Below are positions 10,848 through 25,383 of a stretch of DNA of 64,000 nt, one piece after another. The notes under the pieces are model-generated. The model saw only the letters and a program-made list of their open reading frames with translations, was not told where the DNA came from and searched no databases. This DNA is from Cyanophora paradoxa CCMP329. Taxonomy: Eukaryota; Plantae; Glaucophyta. How positions within the stretch are numbered: position 1 is the stretch's first letter; every line of letters begins with the position of its first letter. A program made the position numbers and the translations under genes. The stretch covers positions 1 to 64,000 of the forward strand of contig QPMI01000005.1 of assembly GCA_004431415.1 (NCBI GenBank), in the 5' to 3' direction.

Positions 10848-11587
10848 ACGCCTGAACGCCTCGGATCCCTCCGCTCCCTCCCCGCCTCCGCCCCCGCCCC
10901 GCGCCCCGCCGCCCCGGCCCCCGGTCCGTGCACCACCCCGGAGCAGCCGGCCCCGCCCTCCCCTCACGCCCCCCCGCAGCGGCCCAGTACGACGTCTCCC
11001 TCTCGCCCTAGCAGACCTCGGCCGGCCACCTCGCCCTCGCCCTCAAGCTCCAGCTCGAGCAGGCCCGCCCCGGCCTCCGCGTCTTCCTCGACGTCGACGA
11101 CTCCCGCCTCGAGCTCCACCAGTGCGCCCCTCTGAGTCGGAGCGCTCGCCGCGCTCTCACCCCAGCCGGCCCCCCGCCCCGCAGGCTCGAGCGGATCATC
11201 GACGCCTCCGCGAGCGTCGTCCTCATCATCTCTCAGGGTCCGTGAGGCTGCCGCCACGTTCCTGCGGCGCCTAATCTTACGGTGCCGTGCAGACGTCCTG
11301 TCGAGCCACTACGTGCTGGGCGAGGTGCGGCACGCGGCGCGGGCGGGGAAGAACATCGTCCTCCTCCACGACGAGAAGTCCCTTCCCCGCTTCCTCGCCC
11401 GTGCGCCCCCGCCCCAGAACCACCCCGCCAGCCAACCGAATTTGATCGCCCCTCAGCGGGGGAGATCCCGTCCGACCTGCGGCTCGTGTTCGCGCGCGTG
11501 GCGATCCCGTGCTACGCCGAGGCGGCCTTCCGGCGGGTCAGCGTCCGGCTCCTGCTCGAGGCCTGCGACGAGGCCGCCCGCCGCTGA
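10848..11587 (+). pseudogene. disabled SARM1-like TIR domain of LRR-TIR copy B
   Basis: In frame beyond the TGA and after splicing: QYDVSLSP*QTSAGHLALALKLQLEQARPGLRVFLDVDD...VVLIISQ|DVLSSHYVLGEVRHAARAGKNIVLLHDEK...AARR*. A second stop (TAG) lies at 11009-11011. Confidence 0.78.
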
Positions 11588-12239
11588 GTGCCCCGCCCGC
11601 CCGCCCCCCGGCCCCGTGCACCTCTTCGCAACCTTCTCATCGACCGCCGCCGCCGGCGTCAGTCTAGAGTCTTCGCCAAAGTCTTTCTCGCGAGTTCCCA
11701 AAGTCTCTTTTCTCCATTAATATTCGTCTTACGAAATTGCCCGCCCCCCTGCCCGGCTCCGGCCCGCCTCCCTCCCCGGCCCTTCCCTCCCCCCTCCTCC
11801 CTCCTCGAGGAGGCCGCGGGTGCTCTCGGGGCTCCCGAGGTTCAGCCCTCCTCCGCGAGGCCCCGCGCTCCGCATCCGCCAAAGTCTTAGATTTCCCTTC
11901 GAATTCGGTTGAATTGTTCAGGCGGCTGGACGTAATTTGTCTTTCCAAATTGTGATTCTTGTCTAGCGGTTCTGTCCTAGCTGCCTAAGAGTCTGTCTTT
12001 GATCATGAGTCTGTCTGTACGATGTTTTTCGGCGAGATCGACTGCCGCAGTGCGAGGGTAGCTCGGGCTCGCGATCGGGGCTCGGGTTAACGTTTGGCCG
12101 CCGGGCAGGCTCAGTGGGATGCCGGAATATATAAGACACAACGCTAACTAGAATAAGGACAAAACCATAGTGCACAGAAGAGCGAGAAATCGCGCTAGAG
12201 TCACGTCGCCCCCGGGGATCACTCGTGTACTAGAGAGAG

Positions 12240-15200
12240 TCACGCCGCTCCCGGGGGCAGGTGCGGGCGGGCGGGCTCCGCGGGGACCGTCGCGGGGCGG
12301 GCGCCGGAGCGCAGGCCCAGGCCCCCGAGCGAGGGGGCCGACTGCGTGACGGAGAGGTGCCCGGGGCCGCGCCCGTGGGGCCCCAGCCCGGCCCCGGCGC
12401 CGGCGCCGGCGGGCGGCGGTTCGGCTCCGGCGGGCGCCAGTATGCTGCTCCTCCGGCGCCCCCCGCCCGACGCAGAGGAGCGGCGTACCCCGTCCGCCGT
12501 GGACGCCCGCCTATTCCGCGGCGGGGGTACGTATCTGAGGCCCGGCGGGAGGTCGCCGGGCGGGGGGGGTAGGTCGCCGAAGGAGAGGCTCCCTGCGGAC
12601 GCGCTCATGCCGGCCTCGTGCCGCAGCCTCCGCGCCTCCGCCCGCGCGTTCGCAAAGTCCAGAGCCTGCCGTACCCCGGTCAAGGGGGGCGGGCGGGGTG
12701 AGACGGAGGCGGGGATGGGGGTACGCGCACCGCCTGGTGGACGGGGTCGAGGGGGGTAGAGACGCGGACGCGGCCGGCGGCGGTCTGGGCCCGGGGGGGA
12801 GAGGCCGAGCGGGAGTCCGGGGAGGGGGAGCGGGAGCCGCGCTCCCTGAGGAGCCGCATGGACGGGAGGGGTACCGCCATGTACTTCCGGAAGAGGCGGG
12901 CCCCCACGCCGCCCGACTTAAGCGGCCCTTTCGCCGCAGCCGCGGCGGCCGCCCTGCCCTCCTGCCCGGGGGCCGCGGGCCCCGCCCCCGCCCCCCGGTG
13001 CCGCGCCTTCTTGGCCTGGCGAGCGTTCGCCCAGCCCGTGAGGTTCAGCGGGTCCTCCTGTACCCGGGACCACCATCAGCGGACAGCAAACGGAATCAAA
13101 CAACAGCAAACAGCGGCGGGCGCGCCTCGCGCATCCTCTCCTCTTCGGCCTCGTCCTCTTCCTGGGCCGAGTTGGCGGCCGCCTCCTCCGCGCTGCTCCC
13201 CGAGCTGCTCTCCTCGCTCCACGCGCCGGCCCCGCCGCCGCCGCCCACCGCCTGCCGCAGCGGCGAGCCGTCCGAGCTGCGCCGCGGCGAACGAAGTGAG
13301 CCTCTGCGGACGCGCCGAAGGGAGGAGGGCGGCACCTCAGAAAGGCGGAGACCTCGGCGCCCTGCGCGGCCAGCTCGGCGAGCTTCATGAGGGACATGCG
13401 CCGCGACATGCGCCGCGCGGCGAGCTGCGCCACCGCCCCCGCGAGGCCCGGCGCCAGGCCAAGCGCCCCCGGGGCCGTCGCTGAGTGCTGCAGCTGCAGC
13501 TGCTGCAGGGCCGCCGGCGTCGCCACGCGCTCCGCGTCCGCCCGCGCCTCCGCCGCCGCCTGCCGCGCCAGCCTGCGCGCCACCGTCAGAAGAGGCCTCG
13601 TTCTCTAGCATTCACGGTGCAGTAGCTCTAGACGGCTACAGCTAGCGACGACCTGGCGCCGGGGCCGGTGCGGGGCCGGGCGGCTCGCACCGGCGGCGGC
13701 GGCGGAGGCGGCGCTCCTCGCGGGCGAGCTCCTCCGCGTCGAAGACCACGGGGCTCGCGTCCAGCAGCGCCTGCCCCCGCGATGAGGAGGAGGGCGCGGG
13801 CGGGCGGCGGGGGGGCCGGGCCCGGGGCCCCTCGGCGGGCGTTCTCTAGGCTCTTTAGGCTCTAGCGTCAAGTCCAGGTCCGGCCAGATTCAAGCCTCTT
13901 GGGGACGGCCGCCTGCAGGGCGCACCTGGAGGGCGCTCAGGCCGCTCGGCCGCTTCGGCGGGCCCGCCGGCGCCGTCTGCGAGGGGCGTGAGGGGCGGAA
14001 GAAGATTCGAGGGGGTAGAGAGAGGAAGGGGTCTGTTAGAGGAGGCTCAGTGGAGTCTCACTCACTTGGGGCGGGTTGAGGAGGACGGTGGATGCGAGGG
14101 AGGTGCCGGAGTAGGTGCGCGGCAGGCTCGCCGCCGTCGACGCCCGCCTGCACGCGGGCGGGTCAAGGACAGGTGGGCAGAGATGTAAGGGTAGACAGAG
14201 CGGCCAGCAAGCATCTTCTGTGCGGCGCAGCGCAGCGGGCGGGCGGGCGGGAGGACGGGCGGACCTGATGCCGGCGATGACAGCGCCCGGCGGGAGGAGG
14301 CTCGAGCCGGCGAGGCCATCGCTCGTCGAGGGCCGCCGCTGGTCCGGCTGCTGCCAGCTGAAGGAGTCGGGGCGAGAGCCCGGGACGGAGGCGGCGGCGG
14401 GGGGAGAAGCCGACGCCGCCGCCGCCGTTGTTGACGGGCGGGGCGCGGCGGCGCCGGCGGCGGCGGCGGGCGGCAGCGCGGGGCGGGGCTTGAGGGTCGC
14501 CAGGAGCCCCGCCGCGTCCGGGGCGGGGGCGGCCTCCAGGGAGGCAGCGCTCCCGATCGAGGGCGCCGCCTTCCCAGGGCCGGGGGACCGCTGGCCCCTC
14601 TGCACGCCCGCCGGCCCCTGCCCCTGCGGCGACTTCGCTGCGGCCGCCCGCGCGGCCCCGGCCGCCGCCGCGACCGGCGACGGGGAGGAGGGGGAAGGGG
14701 AGGGGAACGGTCGCCTGCAACGTCGAGCGGCTGCGGCGCGGCGAGCCGCGCCGCTTTCCTCGACGGCTGCGCCGACTCGGGCGGCCCCGGCAACGGCTGC
14801 GGCGACGGCGCGTCGGCGTCCGGCCCCGGGGAGGGCACGCGCGCCCTCTCGGGGTCCGCCTGCGGCTCGCGGGGCGCCGCCGCCTCGCGGGGCTCGGATT
14901 CCGTACCCCCCCGCGGGGCCTCCCCCCCGGGTCCCTCTGCGCCCTCGTGCGGCGGGGCGGGGCGCGGGTCCCCCGGCTCGTCCTCCTCGGAGCCAGTGGG
15001 CGACGGCTGCCCCGACGAGGACCCCGGAAGGAACGACACCAGCGATTTCATCCCCCGGATCTTGCCGCGTACCCGTCAGCTCACGAGCGAGGAAACGCGC
15101 GGGAACAAGCAAGAGCGTGCTCGGACCTTCTTCAGGGCCCCCTGGATGTGCCGCGACTCAGAGACGAGGGAGCGGGGGGGGAAGAGCCCGCCCTTGATCC

Positions 15201-18200
15201 ACTGCCAGGGGCATCACCGCGGCCCGCGAGGCGGGGTACGGGGCCCGCAGAGCCCGGCCGGGGTACACACCTTCCCGCAGTTGGACAGGTACTCGATCCT
15301 AAGGGCGTACCCGATCTGCAAAGCGGGGAGGGGGGCGGCGCTGAGGAAGGGCGGGGGAGGAAGGCAAGAGGGGTACGGCAAAGCCTGCCTGCTGCGGCGC
15401 CAGCATACGCCGCGCGAAGTAATGTTCCGCCGTCACGCGCGATAGGACGCCCTTACCGGGCGGGACGTCACGGTGGGCGTGACGTCACGGGGAGGGGAAG
15501 CATAGGAGGGGGGTAGGATACCTTGACGTCCATCTGGATGACGTACGTCAGCTCGCTGCTGCGCTCGTCGACCTCCCGAACGATGAAGCCCTGCCGCCCC
15601 GCGCCCCGCCCTGTCAGAAGGCCCTCTTTCTAGCGCTCCCGAGTCGAGACGCGAGCTAGCGGAGCTGCGTTGCGCTGGAAGGGAGACATCGATAGCCGCG
15701 TCCCGCCGCGCCCCGCCGCTCGGCGTATCCCCGCCCCCTCTCGCTCCCCGCCCCGCCCCGCCCCGCCCCGCCGCGCGGCGCACCCCCTTGAAGACGTGCG
15801 CCCGGATGAACTGCCCCTCCACCTTGACTGCGCGCCCCGATTCAGAACAGCGCAGCTCCGCGGAAAAAGAGAAGCAGGGTAAAGCAGGGTTAAGCGGAGC
15901 ACCCTTCTTGTGGATGACGGATCGGTAGGCGATCACGAACATGCGCGCGTGCAGGTCGCGCTGCAGAGAGAGGGAGCCGTGTCAGCGGGACCGGCGCCCG
16001 CCCGCCCTCTCGCCCCAGAGCCCGGCAGCCAGACGGGTGCTGGCGCCCACCTGGACGGTGGCGACGAGGACCATGTTGCGGGGGAGGTGACCCGGGAGCA
16101 GGTTCGTCTCCTCCACGTAGTCGACCCGCGTCGTCCGCTCCAGCTCGTCCACCACCCCGCACCGCAGCGCCAGCTGCGCGGGGGGTACCGGAGTCAGTGA
16201 GTTTAGCTAAGGAAGCTAGATAGAAAGCTTCTTGGAAGATAAGCTTAGATCTATGAGATCTGAGCTCCGCTACCGGATCTACGAGATCTAATCTAGGGAT
16301 CAAATTCAAGGATGGTCGGAGCTAGCTCGCGCGGGGCCGCCCGCCGGCCAGCCCGCCGCCCAAGATGAGCTTAGATGTGTGGGATCTGTCTTAGGGGGCT
16401 CGGAATCCACGAGATCTAATCCAGGGATCAAATTCGAGGACGGACGCACCTTGTCCCACTTGGTGCGGCTCGTGGGGTCCCATAGGAAGTTCGCCGTCCG
16501 CCACGCCGGCGCCTGCGCGCACGTTCAGAGATCCGTTCTGGCCGGCTAGCTAACGAGCCCGGCCGGGAGGGCGCGCTGACGCTGTTCGAGACTCTAGCTA
16601 TAGCTATGGAAGCTTCTGAGACTCTATAGAAATGGAAACTAAGGAAGCTTTTAATGTAGACGAGCGGGCGGGCGGGGCGGGCGGGCGGCGCGGGCGGAGC
16701 GGACGGACCGGGATGATGAGGGCGGACTTGAGGATGGGGGGCCGGTTCGGGAGGGGGTCCTCCCGGTGCATGCGCCGGATCTGGGGGGCGGGGGCGCGTG
16801 AGGGGCGCGTGAGGGGCGCGCGAGGGACGCCCGGGCGTGGGTAGGTAGCCCGGGTGGAGGCCGGCGGATTTGAGTCCGGCGTGAGCGCATAAGGAGCGGC
16901 ACGGCGTGGAAGATGGCCCGGGGGCGAGTGGATTGCGAGGGGTCGAGAGCCCGCCGGGGGTAGAGGCCCGCGGGTGAGGGCCTGACCTTCTCGCCCGGGA
17001 GGGGCCCGTGGTCCGTCCAGAGCAGATCGGCGCCCGAGAACTGCGGGGAGGAGTCAGCTCGGGCCTAAAGAGAGGCGGATGCCATGCAAGGCCCCGAAGC
17101 AAGCCAAGCTAGGTTCTCGGGCCTCGGATCGCAGCCGCCGCCGCCCGCCCGGCCTCCCTCCCTCGCTCACCTCGCGGCGGACGTCGAGGAGGGCGTCGGC
17201 CGCCTCCCGCTTGTAGTACTCCTTCGCGTACATCGTCTGCTCCGGCTGCGCGGGCGCGGGCAGAGCGGGGCGGCTCGGCTCGGGTCGGGGGGGCGCCGGC
17301 GAGCGAGCGAGCCTGGGGGCGGGCCGGGGGCCGGGGGCCGGGGCGGGGCGGCGCGGGGCGGGCCGGGCCGCGGCGCGCAAGCGTGGCGTGGGGCGGCTAG
17401 CTTCCTTTCTAGCAGCCGCGGGCTCCGGCTAGCTTTCGGCTCGGGGGCCGCGAGCGGAGCTCGGGGGCGAGCGAGCGCGGGCGCAGGGCTCCTGAGCGAG
17501 CCGGGGGTCGGGCGTCGCGCGGCTAGCTTGCTAGCAGCCGCGAGCCCCGCCCAGCTTCATCTCGCCCTCGACCGTAGGCGCGCTCACGCGCCGTGGCGAC
17601 CCTCTTCGAGCCGATAGATAGAATAAAGGTCTAGATCTAGATAGAAGAAGGTCTAGATCTAGAAAGAATAAAAACAGATAAAAGTCTAGATAGATAGATC
17701 TAGATACTCGCGGCTCTTGTAAAAGAATCTTATAGAATCTTAAGAATCTGTAGATAGATCTAGACCTCCCCCTTGAAAACGCGCACCGTGGCGACCTTCT
17801 TGGCGCCGTGCGCCTCGCCGCGGTCCACGCCGAGGAACAGCACGTGCGCCATGTCGAACCTGGGCGGAGAGTAAAGTAAGCTAAGACCAAGAAGGCCAAA
17901 GACTAGGTAAGCCAAGCTGTAAAGGCTAAGAGCAGAGAGTAAGCCAAGCTGTCGAGGCTAAGAGCGGAGAGTAAAGCAAGCTAAGACCAGGCTATCGAGG
18001 CCAGGCAGAGGCGGACCGGGGGGTGCCCTCCTCGGCGGCCGGGCCCTCCGGCTCCTCCCACGAGGGCGAGACGAGCCGCTCGGCCCACTTCAAAAAGTCC
18101 TTGGCAAGGGCCCGCCCGCTCTTCATGAAGGCTCGGAAGAGGCCCATCTCGTTCATGCAGAGCACTGCGCGCCGCGCGGCGTCGGGTGAGGCGGGGGCGC

Positions 18201-18690
18201 CGGCGGGACGGCGGCCCCGCTCCGCTACACGGACCGTCCTTGTCGACGAAGTACGAGGGGCTGACCTCCTCTCGGATGCGGTAGAACGCAAAGCACTCCT
18301 CCCTGCCGCGCCCCGGCCATCGGCTCGCGCCAGGGCCCGGCGAGCCGACCCGGCGAGGCGCACCGGGGGAGAGTCTCCAGCTCGATCTCCAGCAGCGCGG
18401 CGACGTCCTGCGGGCGTGCGGATCGGCTCGGGCGCCCGGACCCTAGGGGCTGGGCGGGGCGGGACCTTGGCCAGGAGGACCTTGCGGCCCGAGCGCTCCG
18501 CAAAGCGCAGCAGGCGCGGGGCCGGTAGGTCGGCGTGGCTGAACTCCAGGGTTCCCTGGAGTAGCTAAGTCAGCGAGGCGCGCCGCGGCAGGCTGGGGCC
18601 GAGCTGGCTGGCCTGCTTGTCGGAGAGATTGACCTCCATGTCGCCATGGTGCGGCACGCCGCTGGGGCCGTGCCTCCTGGTGACCTGCAT
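12240..18690 (-). CDS. BRO-N domain + START domain protein with long low-complexity/coiled-coil tail; start codon uncertain
   Basis: Exons at 18555-18050 splice in frame to LRFAERSGRKVLLAKDVAALLEI...VLCMNEMGLFRAFMKSGRALAKDFLKWAERLVSPS (BRO-N-like). Exons at ~17040-15150 give ILKSALIIP|APAWRTANFLWDPTSRTKWDK, PRNMVLV, FVIAYRSVIH, FIRAHVFKG, GFIVREV..ELTYVIQMDVK (START). The tail ends at TGA 12240. Confidence 0.72.
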
Positions 18691-19070
18691 GCTTTCTCAG
18701 CCTCGCGATGAGTCTCTGCGCATCCCTAACCCCGCGTGTTTCCTCGGCTGCTCACGGTGGGTGCCTTGCGGCTCGGAGCAGGCGTGTTGCTGTTCCCCCG
18801 GTCGCGCTGCCGGCCCTGAGGGTCCGCCATTGCTGCGGGACGAGGACCTACTCTGCGAATCCTATGCTACGACGAAAGCGGGCTGGAAACGCTCGTCATT
18901 GCCCGAGCCCGGCGCCGCCTCTCAGCGCCGCGCGACAGCTCTTTGTCGATCAGTTCTGCTAGCTAATAAAAACGGGGCGCCGAGGCTGGGGTCGCTGAGT
19001 CGAAGCCTCCGAGAAAAGAAAGAGGAGCCTCCACGAGTCGAACCCGCCCAGACAGTCGTTCAAAAGGCCT

Positions 19071-21195
19071 ATGGAGCCCCCCGAGACTCCCGCGGACGGC
19101 AGAGCCGCCGTGCAACAGCCGATGGACATCGCTGGCCGGCCGAGCGACGACGGCCCGCGCGAGCCGCTCGGGCGCTGTTCCCTTTGCGCCGCGGAGCTGT
19201 ATGCGCGGGACCTCGTCGTCGAGTGTGGTTCGTACGCCCGGATGCCCGCACAGCTCGCACTCACTCCTGCCCAGCCGAGTGCCTGGACGTGCGGCTGTGC
19301 TTCCAATGCTTCCTGGCGAGCAAGGAGGGCGCGGGACACAAGGCGGTGCACATGTACACACGCATCGAGAACGCGAACTTCCCGCTCCTCTCGGACGACT
19401 GGTGCGCATGCGTCGGGCACTCGGGGCTGCTCGACGCTCACCTTGCGCAGGGGCGCCGACGAGGAACTGGCACTTCTAGAGGCGCTTGAGCGGCACGGCA
19501 TCGGGCCCTGGCAGACTGTCGCCGAGGAGGTGCGCTAACAGGGCGTTCGAATTCAGACGCGGAGGTCCGGCAGCTAAGACCGCCGAATCAGGTCGGCACG
19601 AAGACGTGGTGGGAATGCGAACGGCACTACGCGCAAACATACCTTCAGGGCATGAGCGCCCCTCTTCCTGTGCATAATTTTCCAGCATCTCATCTTTGCT
19701 CGGGTTCTAAGAACCGTGCAGGATTTCGAGAAAGCTTTCGGTGGAATCGGGACGCCCGTGAAACCGCGTGAGCAGCAGGCCGAGCGGCCAGCACCTCTTG
19801 CCGAGCAAAGGTGGGATCGTCCAAGAGGCCAGCAAGGATCGAAACGCCCGTCAAAAAAGCCCCGCTCACATCTGGCAGTGAGTTTCTGCTTGCGCCATCT
19901 TTGACGTGTTCTCAGTGCTGCTGTGCAGCAAGGGGAGGAGGATGGATGCTACCATCCAGACGTTCGAGGATACATGCCGAAACGTGGAGACTTCGATACA
20001 GAATGGGCCAACGATGCTGAGGTTGTTATTCAGGTCAGCTTTTTCGGACAATAAAGCCCAGGATCATTTTGACCTTCTTGCCAGGATATTGCATTCGACC
20101 CCTCGGACGGCCCCAGGGACCGAGGTGCAGACACATTCTTTCTTGGCTATGCTCTTGTCCAAACATTTTCTGCAGCGCTCAAGCTGGAGGTGCTGCATGC
20201 ATACAATGCAAAATTGACGGAGCGGGAGTTCAGGAAGACGTTCCTGATCGAAAGAGGGCTGCTGGACTTGAAGAAACAGCATGCAGCAGAGAGACGGAGA
20301 GGCAAGGATGATCGCGATACATTGGTGCGAATGAAGCCATTTGCCAGGTTTCACGCAGCAAAAGAGCACGAGGCATTATTCCACGGTCTTGTAGGTTTGT
20401 GTTATTCCCAATTCGTTTTGGGCTGGCATTGCCCTGACACATCTCAGAGGAGCGCAAGCTCAGAGGAGAGATAGCAAGGCTGCAGCGGTATCGGAGGCTG
20501 GGCATTCGATCACTTGCTGAGACACACGCCTACGAGAATGATCGCCGGAAGAGGGTGAGCTCTAACATGTGGACTTTGCCTAATGTCTGATCCTGTTTTG
20601 TAGGAGATTGAGGCAGATGAAAAGAAGGCGAAGTGCTTCATGAAGCTTGGCTCCAGTTCAGTCACTCAATCTTCTGGAACGACCAGTGCCAGGCGCTCGA
20701 CCAAGGTGTGTGTCAAACTTTCGTGGCAGCAGATTCTTGCTCACACTTCGTGCAGGGAGAGCCCCTGCTTATGCTTGGTGCGGATGCCGATAACAACAAA
20801 CGAAGGAAGAAGAAGGGAAAGGGACCCAGTCTGCCCCCCCTAGCTCTCCACGGACTTCCGGGCGAGGATCAGCTGGAGCCTGAGGAGTTGGCCTTGTGCT
20901 CTCAACTCCACATGCTTCCAGAGCAGGCGTGTTGACGTATTCCAGATCTCGCGCATGCAGTCCTCCTCGTCTCTGACCCAGATGCACACAGTACCTGCTC
21001 GCGAAGGACGCGCTCATCTGTGCAGACACTCCAACTGGAAAGTGCTCAGCAGCGGATGCTGTTAAGATCCTTGCACGCCGACTGGGTGCTTTGCTTGCGG
21101 ACTATCATTCTTGTTGCGTCTGACCCTTTCTTCTAGATGCTGGGCGGGCAACAAGCATCCACAACTTGCTCATCTCGAAGGGGTGGATCGAGTAG
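19071..21195 (+). CDS. ADA2: transcriptional adaptor ADA2 (ZZ zinc finger, SANT, SWIRM)
   Basis: CSLC...[15 protein letters not shown]...H...Y; DW|[26 protein letters not shown]|VGTKT..CERHY; [13 protein letters not shown]; C-terminal [18 protein letters not shown]|YL...KGWIE*. Confidence 0.92.
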
Positions 21196-21400
21196 CACAG
21201 ATACTGGAACCTTTTTGTGCAAACCTTTGTCATGTCCACTGGGCTCGAGGTTGCAATTGCTCTGAGCATGACGCGTTGGTGCCGACCCCGAATTTAAATC
21301 GAGCGCTATATAGCTAGCTCGAGCGCTAGCTGCATATGCATGCATGCGCCACTTGCGCGCAGTACTAGTCGGCTGCGCATGCGGGTGACTGCAGCTGGCC

Positions 21401-21625
<225 letters not shown>

Positions 21626-21917
21626 TGGGCGTCCGGACGATATCGATATCGATATCGATATCGATATCGATGCCATGATGGTGCAAGTGCTAGCGCTAGT
21701 CCGACGGTCACTGAGTGGCATCTACGGCGCACTAGCCTAGTAGCGGTCGGTGCGTCGAAGCTGGTCTAGCCCTCGAGCTTGATCTGCGGTGCTGAGAATC
21801 GCCCGGCCGCGAAGGCAGTTACTAAGGAGCGAGGACCGGGGGTACGTCGCTCGTGAGCAGGGCGTGAGTCAGGCACGACTTCCCGCGCCGCGCCGAGCGA
21901 CGCCAACCGCCGCCGCG

Positions 21918-24116
<2,199 letters not shown>

Positions 24117-24581
24117 ACATCCGATGTATAGATTCCTTACTATGTTGATGGTACAATAAACCGAGTCCTCATGAAAATGCTCGAAATTCCTGCAGTCAGC
24201 TAGCTGTGGGCTTTCAGGATGAGGATTGATGCATGGAAGCGCATGCATGTGTACATTGGAGTGCTGTTCTTGTGTAGGTTTCCTTGTTACACTTCCTAGG
24301 GTTCACAGAAATAAGCTGCAACACTCAAACTGGAACCAGAGTTCAATAGCATAGTATATGTGGAGAAGATATGGACGCGCGACAGTGCTGTGAGTGTTAC
24401 GAAAGGACGAAAGCAAGGGGATGCATGATGGGAGCATGACGGGAAGGAATACAAAACAACGAGGAAAGGTCTTAAAAAAGGACTGCATGCCCCGTATGTA
24501 CATGAAATGGGTTCTGTGAGCGGATCCAGAAGTGTTACTAAAGTACAGGAGTTTCTGCAGGTCGAAGCTGGAGCTGCCGAA

Positions 24582-25135
24582 CTATCGCGGTTGCTCCTGC
24601 GGTTGACCTTCCGATCCGCCCGGATGCGACGTCGGGAAAGGATGGTCCTTGCCAACATTCGCGTCCTGCGTGTGGCCGGTGGCCTTTGCCTGCGCCCAGT
24701 CCGCCGAGTCGAAGTACTTCCGATCCTGAGAAACCGCGGCATCGCGGCGTCATTAGCGGAAGCAGCAAGTCGAGAGCCGCTAAGCGATGTTGCCTAGGCG
24801 GCACATTCCCTGGGCGACACGCCGCGCAGGAACGCGCCGCTCGGCGCCAGGTGGCCGCGCAGGATCACAAGCGATGGCCGCACCTTTGCTTCCAGCTTCT
24901 TTTGCAGCAATGCCTTGTTATTCGGCAAGTTGCCGTACTTCTTCTTGAACATCTCCTCCTGCAAGTGGCTCATGCTGTCGATCGGGTTGCGCGAGGTGCC
25001 GGAAAGCTTGGATGATCACGGACAGTTGCGCTGATGGCTGCGTGGTACGTGTGGCTTGTCTCTGCTGGCGAGTGCAGTCTTCTCGGAACTTGCTCTGTGC
25101 GGGGGTACACGCTTTCGGCACGAACACGCCGCCAT
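24582..25135 (-). CDS. ENSA: endosulfine / ARPP19 (Igo1-like)
   Basis: Spliced EEMFKKKYGNLPNNKALLQKKLEAK|DRKYFDSADWA. FDSADW is the Greatwall phosphosite motif. Confidence 0.88.
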
Positions 25136-25383
25136 GTCGTCGACGTTGACTAGTCTAATAGTGCACGTGCTGCCGCTGTGCGCCGCTAGCCTAGTTCTTC
25201 CCTTCAACTGAACACAGCAGCATGCGCTTGGGCATGGCAAGAGAATTAATCCATGCTAATGCCAGGAGGGAGATGCAGGACCCTTGCGCACGCGCATGCA
25301 GGGCAGGCTGCAGGCTGCAGCCTTCAGCCTGCAGGCCCATGCATATGCTGCCGCTGCTATACGTAATAATAAATGGAGATGAA

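Noticed and set aside
10845-11011. Stop-codon reassignment explaining in-frame TGA/TAG
   Set aside because: Conserved genes end normally at TAG (NFS1, ADA2, NDUFV2), TGA (UBC7, PAM18, clathrin) and TAA, and have no internal stops.
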